Shown here piece by piece: positions 31,766-42,029 of a DNA stretch of 64,000 nucleotides. How positions within the stretch are numbered: position 1 is the stretch's first letter; each line of letters opens with the position of its first letter. This stretch comes from Candidatus Aenigmatarchaeota archaeon (GTDB taxonomy: Archaea > Aenigmatarchaeota > Aenigmatarchaeia > CG10238-14 > SCSR01). The DNA lies in contig JAUWZS010000001.1 in the NCBI GenBank assembly GCA_030615205.1, forward strand, positions 10,019-74,018, in the 5' to 3' direction. The position numbers were made by a program, and so were the translations under genes. The notes under the pieces are model-generated. The model searched no databases, was not told where the DNA came from, and was given only the letters and a program-made list of their open reading frames with translations.

Positions 31766-32309
31766 AAGAACTTTAATCCTAATAAAATCTGATGCTATTG
31801 AAAGAAATCTAACTGAAGAAATTATAAAGAGGTACGAAGACGTTGGGTTAAGAGTAATCGCAAAGAAAACGGTAAAAGCCGACAAAGAGCTTGCAGCAAA
31901 ACATTATCCAGATTCCGAATCGCAGATTGTTGGTATGGGAAACAAAACTTTGCAGGCAGCGAGGGACGCTGGGAAGCCAAACAGCGTAAAAGAGATATTT
32001 GGTACAGAAAATCCAAAAGAAATTGGAATGATATTGAGGGAATGGCTGATTGAATCCATAACATCTGCTCCAGTGATTGCAATTGTGCTTGAAGGGGAAA
32101 ACGCTATACAAAAAACAAGGAAGGTTACCGGCTTCACAGATCCGTCAAAGGCAGAAAAGGGGACTATACGCGGCGACTTTGGTGATGATTCTATAGACAA
32201 ATCAAACAGTGAAAGAAGAGCAACAAAAAATCTTGTGCATGCATCTGGCAACAAAGAAGAAGCTGAAAGAGAAATACGTCTTTGGTTCAAACCAGAAGAA
32301 TTAGAATAA
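31758..32309 (+). CDS. ndk: nucleoside diphosphate kinase (with an internal insertion)
   Basis: ERTLILIKSDAIERNL and NLVHASGNKEEAEREIRLWF, the latter containing the active-site His. Confidence 0.9.
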   Translation: MIERTLILIKSDAIERNLTEEIIKRYEDVGLRVIAKKTVKADKELAAKHYPDSESQIVGMGNKTLQAARDAGKPNSVKEIFGTENPKEIGMILREWLIESITSAPVIAIVLEGENAIQKTRKVTGFTDPSKAEKGTIRGDFGDDSIDKSNSERRATKNLVHASGNKEEAEREIRLWFKPEELE

Positions 32310-32313
32310 GGTT

Positions 32314-33291
32314 TCACATCCTTTCATTCAACGCAGCATAAACTATCGGCAACAGCACAGTAGCATCGCCTTCGACATTCACGAATTTCGCATCTTTTCC
32401 AATTTTTCCCCACGAAACAGCCTCACGCGGCCGCGCACCTGACAAACTGCCGTCCCACTCAACTGCTGTGCTGATGTACACCGCATAGTCAAGTCCGCCT
32501 TTCTTAAGTTGATTCCACCATAAGGCATGATGTTTGCTTATACCGCCACCGATAACCAATGCACCCGAGCGCTTCGCATTCCATACCTTGTCGCTGAGCA
32601 GCGTCTCGTCCGCGAGAAGATTTATTTTTAAGTCGTGGTCTTGCGCGAACTGCCAGATATGGTACCCTACAGCGCCATCCGTGATTCCGGGCACGATTAG
32701 CGGTATTTTATTCTTCCAACACCAGTAGACAATCGAATCTTCTTTGCGTTCTTGCGCTTCTGGATCATCGTCTATCAGCCGGCCAAACTCCCAAACCAAT
32801 TCGTGGGTGGATATGCCCTTCTTCTTTTGCTCCTCAGTGAGATTGCTATGGATAACCTTCAAGAACTTCGATATCTTATCTTCCAGTATTATGCCGTATG
32901 AGTCGTCTGTCACAAGTACGTTGCCTATCCTGCTTATCCCTTTGTCTTTCAGTTCTCTATCGTCCATTAAAAATTCACCATGATGATAATCCCTATACAC
33001 GCGGGCGATGTCGTGGTCGAGCGTGCCAGATGCTGTTATAATTATGTCGAACATTTTATGCCGGATGAAATCTTTAACAACACCGCGCGTGCCAGTCGCG
33101 TTGATGCATGACGGGAATGAAAAGAAGCGTAGGCAATCCTTGTCCTTTATCATGCTTTCAATAATGTCCACGCCGACTGCAAGTTTCTTTGCTGTAAAAC
33201 CACCGGCTGCTTTAAATTGTGCTATAAGCTCGTTTACGTTTGTTTTACCGTTGAGTTTAATGTCTTTTACTGGTTCTGTATCAGGCTTCAT
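32314..33291 (-). CDS. dys: deoxyhypusine synthase
   Basis: The blocks FSFPSCINATGTRG, IITASGTLDHDI, GGGISKHH and EAVSWGKI are typical of DHS. Confidence 0.9.
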   Translation of the reverse strand: MKPDTEPVKDIKLNGKTNVNELIAQFKAAGGFTAKKLAVGVDIIESMIKDKDCLRFFSFPSCINATGTRGVVKDFIRHKMFDIIITASGTLDHDIARVYRDYHHGEFLMDDRELKDKGISRIGNVLVTDDSYGIILEDKISKFLKVIHSNLTEEQKKKGISTHELVWEFGRLIDDDPEAQERKEDSIVYWCWKNKIPLIVPGITDGAVGYHIWQFAQDHDLKINLLADETLLSDKVWNAKRSGALVIGGGISKHHALWWNQLKKGGLDYAVYISTAVEWDGSLSGARPREAVSWGKIGKDAKFVNVEGDATVLLPIVYAALNERM

Positions 33292-33337
33292 AGAGAATAA
33301 AGTAACTCTAATAATATAAAAATGTTAATTATAATTT

Positions 33338-35050
33338 ATGCCAAAGACAATCTCGATGGAAAAAGAAGTTGTCACGCTGCTGAAAAGCGCAGGAGTAGAA
33401 AGTATAGAAGAAAAACTAGAGCGACCGCCGGATCCGAAATTTGGTGATTTGGCGTTTCCATGCTTTGATCTTGCTAAAGTACAAAAGAAAAGCCCGCATG
33501 ATATAGCAAAAGATATTGCTGAAAATCTAAAACTCGAGGTCGCGGAAAACATTCTGAGAGCTGAAGCAAAGGGCGGTTATATTAATTTTTTCTTTGATTG
33601 GGAAAAAATATCATCGGAAATTTTGAAAGAAATTATAACAAAGGATAAAAAATACGGCCGACCTACAAAACTGAAAAAAGAAAAAATAATGGTTGAATAT
33701 TCCCAGCCAAATCCTATCCACTCCATGCATATAGGCCACGCACGCGGTACTTTCCTAGGCGATGCACTTGCAAACCTCTTCGAATTTATGGGACATAAAG
33801 TAATACGTGCGAACTACATAAACAACTGCGGCCTGCAAGTGATGAAACTTGCAACAGCACTACAATTATGGGCAAAAGGGAAAAGGCCGGACGAGAAGCC
33901 TGATCTTTGGCTTTGGAAATATTACATCAAATACCATGAAGAAGTAAAGAAAGACCAGTCGATTGAAGCTAAGGCACGCGAAAATCTAAGGCTGGTTGAC
34001 GTGGAGAAAGACAAAACGGCGACAGCGCTGCGTGATAAGATTGTTAAATGGTGTGTGAAGGGATTCAAAGAGACGTACAAGAACGTAGGCATAGAATTTG
34101 ATGTTTATTTGTACGAAGGTGATTTTCGTGATGCTGGCAAAAAAATCGTTGAAAGTGCCATTAAGAAAAAGCTGGCTTTTGAGAGCGAAGAGAAAACAAT
34201 TGTTGCTGATTTGGAAAAACACGGATTGCCTAGTTTTGTAATTTTGAGGTCTGATGGCACTGGCCTTTATCAGACAAGCGATTTGGGCATGACTGTCCAC
34301 AAATTCGAAAAATACAAACTCGATAAGTCTATATGGGCTGTTGCGTCTGCGCAGAATTTGTACTTCAAACAACTTTTCAAACTACTCGAATTGCTTGGAT
34401 ACAAATGGGCTAAGAATTGTATTCATTTCTCTTTCGACTTGGTCAGATTGCCAGAAGGAAAAATGTCATCTCGTGAAGGTAAAGCTATACTTTTGGACGA
34501 AGTTATCAAAAAACTTGGAGATATGGCTTATGAAGAAGTGAACAAACGTAATCCTGAAGAATCGGAAGAAGGCAAGAAAAAGGCAGCACAATCCATAGGG
34601 ATAGGTGCGCTAAAATATGCAATAGAAAAAGTAGAACCAGATAAAGGAATTACTTTTGATTTTCAGAAGATGCTGAGCTTCGAAGGAAACACAGGTCCGT
34701 ATATACAATATGCGCATACACGTTGCGCTTCGATACTGAATAAAACCGGAACATGGAAACCGAATTTTAAAACTAAGGCATTAAAAAAAGAAGAAAAAGA
34801 CTTGATTAAACTGCTGGCGGATTTCCCAAAAATCGTCGAACAGACTGCAAAAGAGATGCGTGTGAACCAGATTTGTAATTATGCTTATGACATCGCTACA
34901 ACATTCAGCACGTTCTACCAATTCTGTCCGGTGCTTAAAGCAGATACAGACGAGCAAAAGGGTTTTCGTTTATCGCTCGTCGCCGCAACGAAAATAGTTT
35001 TGAGAAATGCGTTGTCTATTCTAGGAATGGATGCGCTAGAGAAGATGTGA
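33338..35050 (+). CDS. argS: arginyl-tRNA synthetase
   Basis: SQPNPIHSMHIGHARGTFLGDAL (HIGH motif), MSSREGK (KMSKS-like), and a C-terminal DALEKM. Confidence 0.95.
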   Translation: MPKTISMEKEVVTLLKSAGVESIEEKLERPPDPKFGDLAFPCFDLAKVQKKSPHDIAKDIAENLKLEVAENILRAEAKGGYINFFFDWEKISSEILKEIITKDKKYGRPTKLKKEKIMVEYSQPNPIHSMHIGHARGTFLGDALANLFEFMGHKVIRANYINNCGLQVMKLATALQLWAKGKRPDEKPDLWLWKYYIKYHEEVKKDQSIEAKARENLRLVDVEKDKTATALRDKIVKWCVKGFKETYKNVGIEFDVYLYEGDFRDAGKKIVESAIKKKLAFESEEKTIVADLEKHGLPSFVILRSDGTGLYQTSDLGMTVHKFEKYKLDKSIWAVASAQNLYFKQLFKLLELLGYKWAKNCIHFSFDLVRLPEGKMSSREGKAILLDEVIKKLGDMAYEEVNKRNPEESEEGKKKAAQSIGIGALKYAIEKVEPDKGITFDFQKMLSFEGNTGPYIQYAHTRCASILNKTGTWKPNFKTKALKKEEKDLIKLLADFPKIVEQTAKEMRVNQICNYAYDIATTFSTFYQFCPVLKADTDEQKGFRLSLVAATKIVLRNALSILGMDALEKM

Positions 35051-35057
35051 AATTAGA

Positions 35058-35912
35058 TTACCAGAACTTTGGAAGACCTGTAGCCTTTAATGCTTCAGCT
35101 CTTCTAGCTTTTGGAATATAATCTTGTAACGCTTTATCAGCATCAAATTTGTTACTATTTTCTAGTTGATCTTTCCATAATTTATTTAGAACCTCGTTAA
35201 TTTCTGTTGCATTAGAAATACCCGCTCCTCTTAACAAGGTTCTCCACGATATTCTTACTAAATACCCTAAATCTCTTTCTATCTGAGATTTGTGGCACTT
35301 CAAAGCTTCTTTAACTTTTTCCCAAGGTTCACCTGTTATATCTATTAAATGTGTTGGATCTTCCATTAAATTCATTATCTCATACTGAAATAATCTATTA
35401 ACACGATGAGGCTTACCAAAATCTAGTTGAGATGGTCTCTCACCTCTAAAACTAGCGTTTATTACAGCTTTATAGATATTTCTATGATCTTTATGTGTGT
35501 CATGCTCGTAAGGGATTAACAGTGCAGATGGTCCTAGATCTCTTATAGCTCTAATCAATCCGAATTTTAAATATTCGTTGTCAGCGTCAATCTTACCATC
35601 AACAACACTGGCTTGTTCAGGAGTATAACCCAAATCTGAAAGATACTTATGAAAATCTATAAGTTCAAAACCAAGTACTTTCTGCGAGTCTTGTATTTCT
35701 TTAAGTCTTGTTTTCCCTATATCTTCTTTTTGAGTTAAATCGCCGTACCCAGCTGTACCACGGCTCATTAATAGTCCATAAACATTACAATCATTCTGAA
35801 CGCATTCGTAAATATATCCACCCGCAAAGATTTCGTCATCAGGATGGGGCAAAACAATTATAATATTTGGATTGTATTTTGGGTCTGTTAGCTCAGTTCC
35901 CAAGTTCACCAT
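35058..35912 (-). CDS. PIG-L/LmbE-family N-acetylglucosaminyl deacetylase
   Basis: IIIVLPHPDDEIFAGG together with downstream HKDH. Confidence 0.8.
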   Translation of the reverse strand: MVNLGTELTDPKYNPNIIIVLPHPDDEIFAGGYIYECVQNDCNVYGLLMSRGTAGYGDLTQKEDIGKTRLKEIQDSQKVLGFELIDFHKYLSDLGYTPEQASVVDGKIDADNEYLKFGLIRAIRDLGPSALLIPYEHDTHKDHRNIYKAVINASFRGERPSQLDFGKPHRVNRLFQYEIMNLMEDPTHLIDITGEPWEKVKEALKCHKSQIERDLGYLVRISWRTLLRGAGISNATEINEVLNKLWKDQLENSNKFDADKALQDYIPKARRAEALKATGLPKFW

Positions 35913-35963
35913 ATTTTCACCACTATTAGATAGTAAAAAAGACTATATAAATTTAACTAATTT

Positions 35964-37307
35964 TCAATATTTTACATCTTTCAATTCTTCGTACAACTGC
36001 TCTAAGAATTTTTTATCGTTTGCTGCTTTAACAACATCGTTGATTTTTTCCTTTGCTATTTTCTTTTTTCCAGCTGAGCCGAGAAGTGTGAAAGGTTCGA
36101 TGTTGCAATTTACAATCGCATTCGGTGTTGTCCATCCAAATGGTCCCATGAGCATACCTGGATAAATTATTGTTCCGATGCCTGTTTGTGTCCAGTCTGC
36201 GATAAATGTTCCTATCTTACGTTGGCCTGTGCTGACAACTTGTCCTTTGACGAGAACTTTAACGCCTTTTTTATCGTGTCTGAGGTTTGCAGTTTTCGTA
36301 CCAGCGCCAAGATTGCAATGCTCACCGATTACACTGTTGCCAACGTACGAAAGATGTGGCACCTTGGAATTATCCATAATTAAGGAATTCTTTATTTCTA
36401 CGCCATTGCCGATACGACAGTTGCGGCCAATTGATGTGCTGCCACGGATGTAGCAGTTCGGGCCTATGATCGAACCGTCGCCGATAACTACATTGCCTTC
36501 TATATGCACACCAGGCTTTATCTCCACAGCTTCGCCAAGGATTATATTGTTTCTGCTGCCTTCGTTTGCAATCCGTTGTTCGATCTTCATTCTGTTGGCC
36601 TCGAACAAATCCCACAGAGTTGAAACACCTTGCCAAGCAGGTATTTTACACGCATACACACGAGAGGTCTCCATAGCCATCTTTATTATCGCGTCCGTTA
36701 GCTCATGCTCACCACGTTCCGAGTTTTCAATCTTTTCCAAGTATTCGAAAATTTTGGGCGAGAAAACATATGCGCCTGTGTTCACAATATTGCTTGGCGG
36801 ATTTGATGATTTTTCGGCTATACCTTCAAGAACCCCTTCGCTATTTGTAACAAGCACCCCATAGCTTTCTGGATGCCCAGATTCAAACGCCCCTACAACC
36901 GCTAAAGCATTTTGTTTTTGAAAAGTATTCAACAGCACAGAAAAAGTGCCACTACCGAAAACCTCGTCGCCGTTTACCATTATGAAATTATCATTTATCT
37001 TTCCGCTCATAGTTTTTAATGCATCACCTGTTCCGCCGATGCGGTGTTGATGTACAAAAGTTATTTTTACCCCAACAGGACACCACGTCGCGAAAAAAGA
37101 TTTAATCTTTTCTTCAAGATAGTTAGTGACAATAAAAATCTCGTCTATTGTTGTGCCTTCTGCTTCAAGTGCCAACAGGTCTTCGACTATATATTGTATC
37201 ATCGGCTTGTTTGCAAGCGGGAGAAGGACCTTAGGCTTTGTGTATGTTAACGGCTGTAGCCGCGTGCCTCTGCCGGCTGCAAGTATTACTGCTTTCATGT
37301 TTATCAC
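35964..37307 (-). CDS. glmU: bifunctional sugar-1-phosphate nucleotidylyltransferase/acetyltransferase (archaeal GlmU-like)
   Basis: MKAVILAAGRGTRLQPLTYTKPKVLLP plus C-terminal hexapeptide repeats (left-handed beta-helix). Confidence 0.85.
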   Translation of the reverse strand: MINMKAVILAAGRGTRLQPLTYTKPKVLLPLANKPMIQYIVEDLLALEAEGTTIDEIFIVTNYLEEKIKSFFATWCPVGVKITFVHQHRIGGTGDALKTMSGKINDNFIMVNGDEVFGSGTFSVLLNTFQKQNALAVVGAFESGHPESYGVLVTNSEGVLEGIAEKSSNPPSNIVNTGAYVFSPKIFEYLEKIENSERGEHELTDAIIKMAMETSRVYACKIPAWQGVSTLWDLFEANRMKIEQRIANEGSRNNIILGEAVEIKPGVHIEGNVVIGDGSIIGPNCYIRGSTSIGRNCRIGNGVEIKNSLIMDNSKVPHLSYVGNSVIGEHCNLGAGTKTANLRHDKKGVKVLVKGQVVSTGQRKIGTFIADWTQTGIGTIIYPGMLMGPFGWTTPNAIVNCNIEPFTLLGSAGKKKIAKEKINDVVKAANDKKFLEQLYEELKDVKY

Positions 37308-37346
37308 TGTTTTATTCAGTGCTACTAAAAGTTTTAACTCTTTCGA

Positions 37347-38693
37347 TCATTGTGGTATTGTCTTTATGATATTGTCTGCAATCTGTTTTATGTTTTCGAA
37401 TTCACTCTTATTAGAGGATTCATAACCCATGGAAATTTTTGCTTCGGTATTTGATGGCCTAAATAGCATCCATCCATTGTCAAAATTAACTCTTACACCA
37501 TCCATTGTTATGATATCAAATCCTTGAGAAGAGAGTTTGTCTTTTAGTTGCTCTATGAAATAGAACTTTTCTTCTTCTTTAACTGGGATTCTTGCCGCAT
37601 AGTTATAAAAACGTGGGTATCTTTTTATTAAATCTGATAATTTTTTGCCACTATTTTTCACTATCTTTAAAATTTTCAGACCAGCAATCAGTGCATCATC
37701 AGTATAATTGGCTTCTTTGAAAAAATAATGACCAGCTACTTCACCAGACACTAAAGCGCCCTTTTCGAAAGATTTTTCTGCAATGTACGTATGGCCGGCT
37801 TTCCATGTAATTGGATTTCCTCCAAATTCCTTTATCACATCATCCACCAACTTCGAACAAAGAACATCATGAACAATTATCCCATTTTTATTTTCTTTTA
37901 ACGTATCTTCGACCATCAAAGAGAATATATGATTAGTGTTCACCACATTCCCATCTTCATCTACAATATTGATTCTATCGCCGTCGCCGTCAAACGCAAA
38001 TCCCAGGTTGGCTCCTGTCTCTTTTACTTTTAATTCCAAATCTACAATGAATTTTTTGTCCATAGGATCAGGGGTATGATTTGGGAAATTACCATCTGGT
38101 TCACAATAAAGCTCGATTACCTCAGCTCCGCACGCTCTCAGGATTCTAGAATATATCTTACCAGCAGCACCATTCGATCCATCAACAACAACTTTTATGC
38201 CTTTCAGATTAATCGGAAACAAAGATGTTATAAATTTAACATATTCGTTAAAAACATCTATTCTTTTGATTTGTCCTGCGCCTTCTCTGAATTTTTTAGT
38301 CTCGACCAATTCCTTTATTTTATTGAGACCATCCTCAAAACTAATTGGTATGCCTTTAATGTCCGAAAACTTAAATCCATTATTTCCCTTTGTGAGATGG
38401 GATGCTGTTACTGCTATGCTAGACCCGTATCCTAACTTGTAACAAGCAAAGTAAACCATTGGCGTAGGGACAATCCCTATATCAGTAACATTCGCTCCTG
38501 ATTCAACAAGACCTTTGATCAAACTCCTTTTTATAGATGGTGTACTCAGTCTTGCGTCCCCGCCAACAACCACATTATCACTATAAATTGTTGCAAACGC
38601 CCTGCCGATTAGGTAAGCAACTTCTTCATTCAGCTCACTAGGATACTTCCCTCGGACATCGTATGCTCTGAATATATTTTTTTGATTACTCAT
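37347..38693 (-). CDS. glmM: phosphoglucosamine/phosphomannomutase
   Basis: FRAYDVRG, AVTASHLTKGNNGFKF (phosphoserine loop) and FDGDGDR (metal loop). Confidence 0.9.
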   Translation of the reverse strand: MSNQKNIFRAYDVRGKYPSELNEEVAYLIGRAFATIYSDNVVVGGDARLSTPSIKRSLIKGLVESGANVTDIGIVPTPMVYFACYKLGYGSSIAVTASHLTKGNNGFKFSDIKGIPISFEDGLNKIKELVETKKFREGAGQIKRIDVFNEYVKFITSLFPINLKGIKVVVDGSNGAAGKIYSRILRACGAEVIELYCEPDGNFPNHTPDPMDKKFIVDLELKVKETGANLGFAFDGDGDRINIVDEDGNVVNTNHIFSLMVEDTLKENKNGIIVHDVLCSKLVDDVIKEFGGNPITWKAGHTYIAEKSFEKGALVSGEVAGHYFFKEANYTDDALIAGLKILKIVKNSGKKLSDLIKRYPRFYNYAARIPVKEEEKFYFIEQLKDKLSSQGFDIITMDGVRVNFDNGWMLFRPSNTEAKISMGYESSNKSEFENIKQIADNIIKTIPQ

Positions 38694-40468
38694 TTCACTG
38701 TCACACTCTTTGCTAGATTTCTTGGTTTGTCTGGATCGCAGCCGCGGAGCACAGCAAGCTGGTACGACAAAATCTGTATTGGGATTATTTGTATTATTGG
38801 GTTGAGGTCGCCTACATCTGGTACTTTGATGAAAAAATCGAAGACATCCTTGTTTTTCTTTGAATCAATTCCTATTATGTAACCCCCGCGCGCCTTTATC
38901 TCCATTGCATTTGATATTATCTCTTTCTCATTTTCCTTTGATGAAAATACTATGCATGGTGTGCCTTGCTCTATGAGCGCGATTGTCCCGTGCTTTAGTT
39001 CGCCACCACTGAAGCCCTCGGCATGTATGTATGACACTTCCTTTATTTTTAGCGCTGCTTCTAGGGATGTTGGGAACTGCAGCCCACGGCCGATTGTGAA
39101 AATATGATTCTTGTCTTTCAATTCTTCTGCAAGTTTCATTAGATACTTTCTGGTGTTCGCTGCTGTGAGATTGTATATTATGTTCCACAAATATTCCAGA
39201 TTCTTCTTCCCTTCATCATATTTCCCTGCTATGGTATATGCAAGCAGTGCGAGCACTGTAAGCTGGGCTGTGTATGTTTTTGTAGACAGCACGCATATCT
39301 CTGGACCAGCATTAAGCATCAAAGCCCTGTCCGAGTTCCGATGCAAAGATGAGCCTACTACGTTCACTAGCGACATGACCTTGCTTCCTTTCTGCCTAGC
39401 TGTTTTTACTGCATCAAGCACATCAATTGTCTCACCGCTTTGTGACACAGCGATTACCAGCGTACCAGGTGTTAGAAAATTCTCGTAGTTTGAGAATTCT
39501 GACCCGAGTACAACATTAATGTGCAGTTTAGTGATCTTCGAAAAGAGATAGCTGGCTGTAAGGCATGCGTGGTACGAGCTACCGCACGCTACCAAAAATA
39601 CACCTTTTGCTTTTTTCATTTCGTCTGCTATTTCGAAAAGAATTTCCTTGTCCTGATTAGCAGCACTTTTAACAGTCTGCACCTGCTCGGATATTTCTTT
39701 CATCATAAAATGGTCAAAGTTTCCTTTTTTAGCCTGCTCAATATCCCAATCTATGCTATGCAACGGCCTTCCAACTTCTTTACCATCTTCAAGGTTAAAA
39801 AACTTTACTCTGTTACTGTCCAAAACAACAAAATCGCTATCATGAATATAGATCACATTCTTTGTATGCTCTAAAAATGCTGGTATATCGCTTGCAATGA
39901 AATTCTCTCCGTTACCCACACCTACAACAAGAGGCGAACCGTTCCTAGCAGCTACTATCTTTCTTTCACCCTCAAACATCGCTAGGACAGCACAATAACC
40001 ATCAAACTGCTTTATCGCATCAATGGCTGCATGTTCGAAATCCTTTCCCTTTCTCATCTCAAATTCTATAAGGTTTGGTATAATCTCAGTGTCGGTTTCG
40101 CTATAAAAGGTAAATCCGTTTTCCTTTAGCATTGTCAGAAGCTCTTGATAATTTTCAACTATACCGTTATGTATGACAAGGATTTTTTTATTGTTTGAAA
40201 TGTGCGGGTGTGCATTTGTCTGTGTGACACCGCCGTGCGTAGCCCAGCGTGTGTGACCGATACCGATATTTCCTTGCATGGAAAGGAAGTTTAACCTTTT
40301 GTTTATATCATCCACAAGTCCGATATCCTTCTTTATTTGCACTCCATTGCTCCCATCGAATATTGCCATACCTGCTGAGTCATAACCACGATATTCTAAC
40401 CTTTTTAATCCGTCAAAAATTATTGGAGCAGCCTGTCTCTTGCCAATATAACCGATAATCCCGCACAT
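38690..40468 (-). CDS. glmS: glutamine--fructose-6-phosphate aminotransferase
   Basis: MCGIIGYIG N-terminal nucleophile, two SIS domains, and a C-terminal LAKSVTVK. Confidence 0.95.
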   Translation of the reverse strand: MCGIIGYIGKRQAAPIIFDGLKRLEYRGYDSAGMAIFDGSNGVQIKKDIGLVDDINKRLNFLSMQGNIGIGHTRWATHGGVTQTNAHPHISNNKKILVIHNGIVENYQELLTMLKENGFTFYSETDTEIIPNLIEFEMRKGKDFEHAAIDAIKQFDGYCAVLAMFEGERKIVAARNGSPLVVGVGNGENFIASDIPAFLEHTKNVIYIHDSDFVVLDSNRVKFFNLEDGKEVGRPLHSIDWDIEQAKKGNFDHFMMKEISEQVQTVKSAANQDKEILFEIADEMKKAKGVFLVACGSSYHACLTASYLFSKITKLHINVVLGSEFSNYENFLTPGTLVIAVSQSGETIDVLDAVKTARQKGSKVMSLVNVVGSSLHRNSDRALMLNAGPEICVLSTKTYTAQLTVLALLAYTIAGKYDEGKKNLEYLWNIIYNLTAANTRKYLMKLAEELKDKNHIFTIGRGLQFPTSLEAALKIKEVSYIHAEGFSGGELKHGTIALIEQGTPCIVFSSKENEKEIISNAMEIKARGGYIIGIDSKKNKDVFDFFIKVPDVGDLNPIIQIIPIQILSYQLAVLRGCDPDKPRNLAKSVTVK

Positions 40469-40499
40469 AGAAAATCACATTAATTCGATCATCTTGTAA

Positions 40500-40637
40500 T
40501 CACTCATCTATTAATGCTTGTCTGCCCTTTACAAAACTACATTTGCATTTTTGGCATTCATATGCATTTGGGTAATTTATATCGACTAGTCTTATGTTGT
40601 CTGATTTGCATTTTGGGCATTCGATTTGGAATTCCAT
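40500..40637 (-). CDS. 45-aa zinc-ribbon mini-protein
   Basis: Hand translation: MEFQIECPKCKSDNIRLVDINYPNAYECQKCKCSFVKGRQALIDE. It is below the ORF-track cut-off. Confidence 0.4.
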   Translation of the reverse strand: MEFQIECPKCKSDNIRLVDINYPNAYECQKCKCSFVKGRQALIDE

Positions 40638-40745
40638 TTTTCTCACGCGCACTTTTTCCACACGTTTCGTGTTTTTTATATTTATTCGCAGCCTGAAGTC
40701 AAAGTTCGAACAAATTAAACAAAGTTTGGAATTTTAAATTAAAGT

Positions 40746-40807
40746 GGCAAAGGAGTAACAGAGGGTGTGGCGGCCAAAATGGAACAGTATCCTCTGTGGG
40801 GTTTGCC
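40746..40807. ncRNA. GC-rich nested hairpin, candidate small structured RNA
   Basis: The outer stem is ggcaaa/tttgcc (40746-51 / 40802-07) and the inner stem is acagagg/cctctgt (40758-64 / 40791-97). It is a local GC island in an AT-rich spacer with no ORF. The strand and the RNA class are unknown. Confidence 0.25.
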
Positions 40808-41005
40808 TTCCTCTCCCTCCTTTACCTTTTATTTTCTATTTTCAATGTCTATAAAAGAAATCTAAAAGAGTTGCTTTAATGGCCCAGCAAATCAGCGAAG
40901 AGAAAGCTTAAAAAGCTTAAACCACTAAAAAAACATTTATAATAGTATAATTAGTATTATAATTTGAAGAACACGTAATTATAGATCAAGTGTGTGTGAT
41001 CAATC

Positions 41006-41983
41006 ATGTATTTCGTAGAAGAGACAAAAAACGGGCAGAAAGCATACAAAGCTCTGCAATTAAAGCCAAAAAGTTTTAATGTTCTTAACAGTGATTTAGC
41101 ACAGAGAATTTTAGATGAACTCGCTAAGAGACCAAGTTGTGCTATGGACGTCGCTAGGCGGCTTAAAGAACATGAACAGAAAATTTATTACCACCTTCGA
41201 AGGTTGGAAGGCGCGGGAATAATAACTCTCAAACGAACAGAGGTGCGAGTTGGCGCTGTTGCAAAGATTTATTCTGTGTCGCATCCATTTCTTGCGATAA
41301 AATTATTCGATGGTGAGCATCTAACAGACGTAAAAACAAAGGTGAGGGAAATAGAATTTTTCAGACCTTTCATCAAAGAAGGCAGACTAGACGCGACGAT
41401 TGTTGTTGGTTCACCTGATCCTCACGGTAAATATAGCGTCCAAGCCTTGGATGGCTCGGCTGGGATAGACTTGGCACTATTTCTTGGTACATTCTTAAAA
41501 AATGCAAAGCCAAACTACAAACTTGATACAGAAATAACAGAAAAAGATATGAATGGTAATCTCATCATTATTGGCGGGCCAAAGGCAAACATAATCATCG
41601 ACAAATTTAACAAAGAATTGCCAATCTATTTTGATGCAAAGCATGATTTCAACATAGTCTCAAGCCTTACAAAGTCTGTATACAGCAGCGACGATGTTGG
41701 GATAATAATAAAAATGAAAAATCCACTAGCAAAAACCAAATCAAGGAGGACCAAAAGTAAACTTAAAAGTAAAAGCGAAACAAATGACAAATATAACGAG
41801 AAATATATACTTGTTCTGTCAGGCATACGTTTCAAAGGAACACGCGCGGCAATAATCGCTTTAATTAAACATATGCGTGAAGTCCAAATGGGAAACCGTT
41901 TTGACGAGGGTGTAGCGCGTGTTGTGCGTGGAATAGATAAAGATGCTGATGGAAGAATAGACGATGTAGAGTTCTTAGAATAG
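41006..41983 (+). CDS. ArsR-like winged-helix regulator with a large uncharacterised C-terminal domain
   Basis: LAQRILDELAKRPSCAMDVARRLKEHEQKIYYHLRRLEGAGIITL. The C-terminal domain contains an inserted K/S-rich tract. Confidence 0.7.
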   Translation: MYFVEETKNGQKAYKALQLKPKSFNVLNSDLAQRILDELAKRPSCAMDVARRLKEHEQKIYYHLRRLEGAGIITLKRTEVRVGAVAKIYSVSHPFLAIKLFDGEHLTDVKTKVREIEFFRPFIKEGRLDATIVVGSPDPHGKYSVQALDGSAGIDLALFLGTFLKNAKPNYKLDTEITEKDMNGNLIIIGGPKANIIIDKFNKELPIYFDAKHDFNIVSSLTKSVYSSDDVGIIIKMKNPLAKTKSRRTKSKLKSKSETNDKYNEKYILVLSGIRFKGTRAAIIALIKHMREVQMGNRFDEGVARVVRGIDKDADGRIDDVEFLE

Positions 41984-42029
41984 AAGATAATGGAAAGTGT
42001 AATAAGTTTATACTGTTTTAAATATTACG

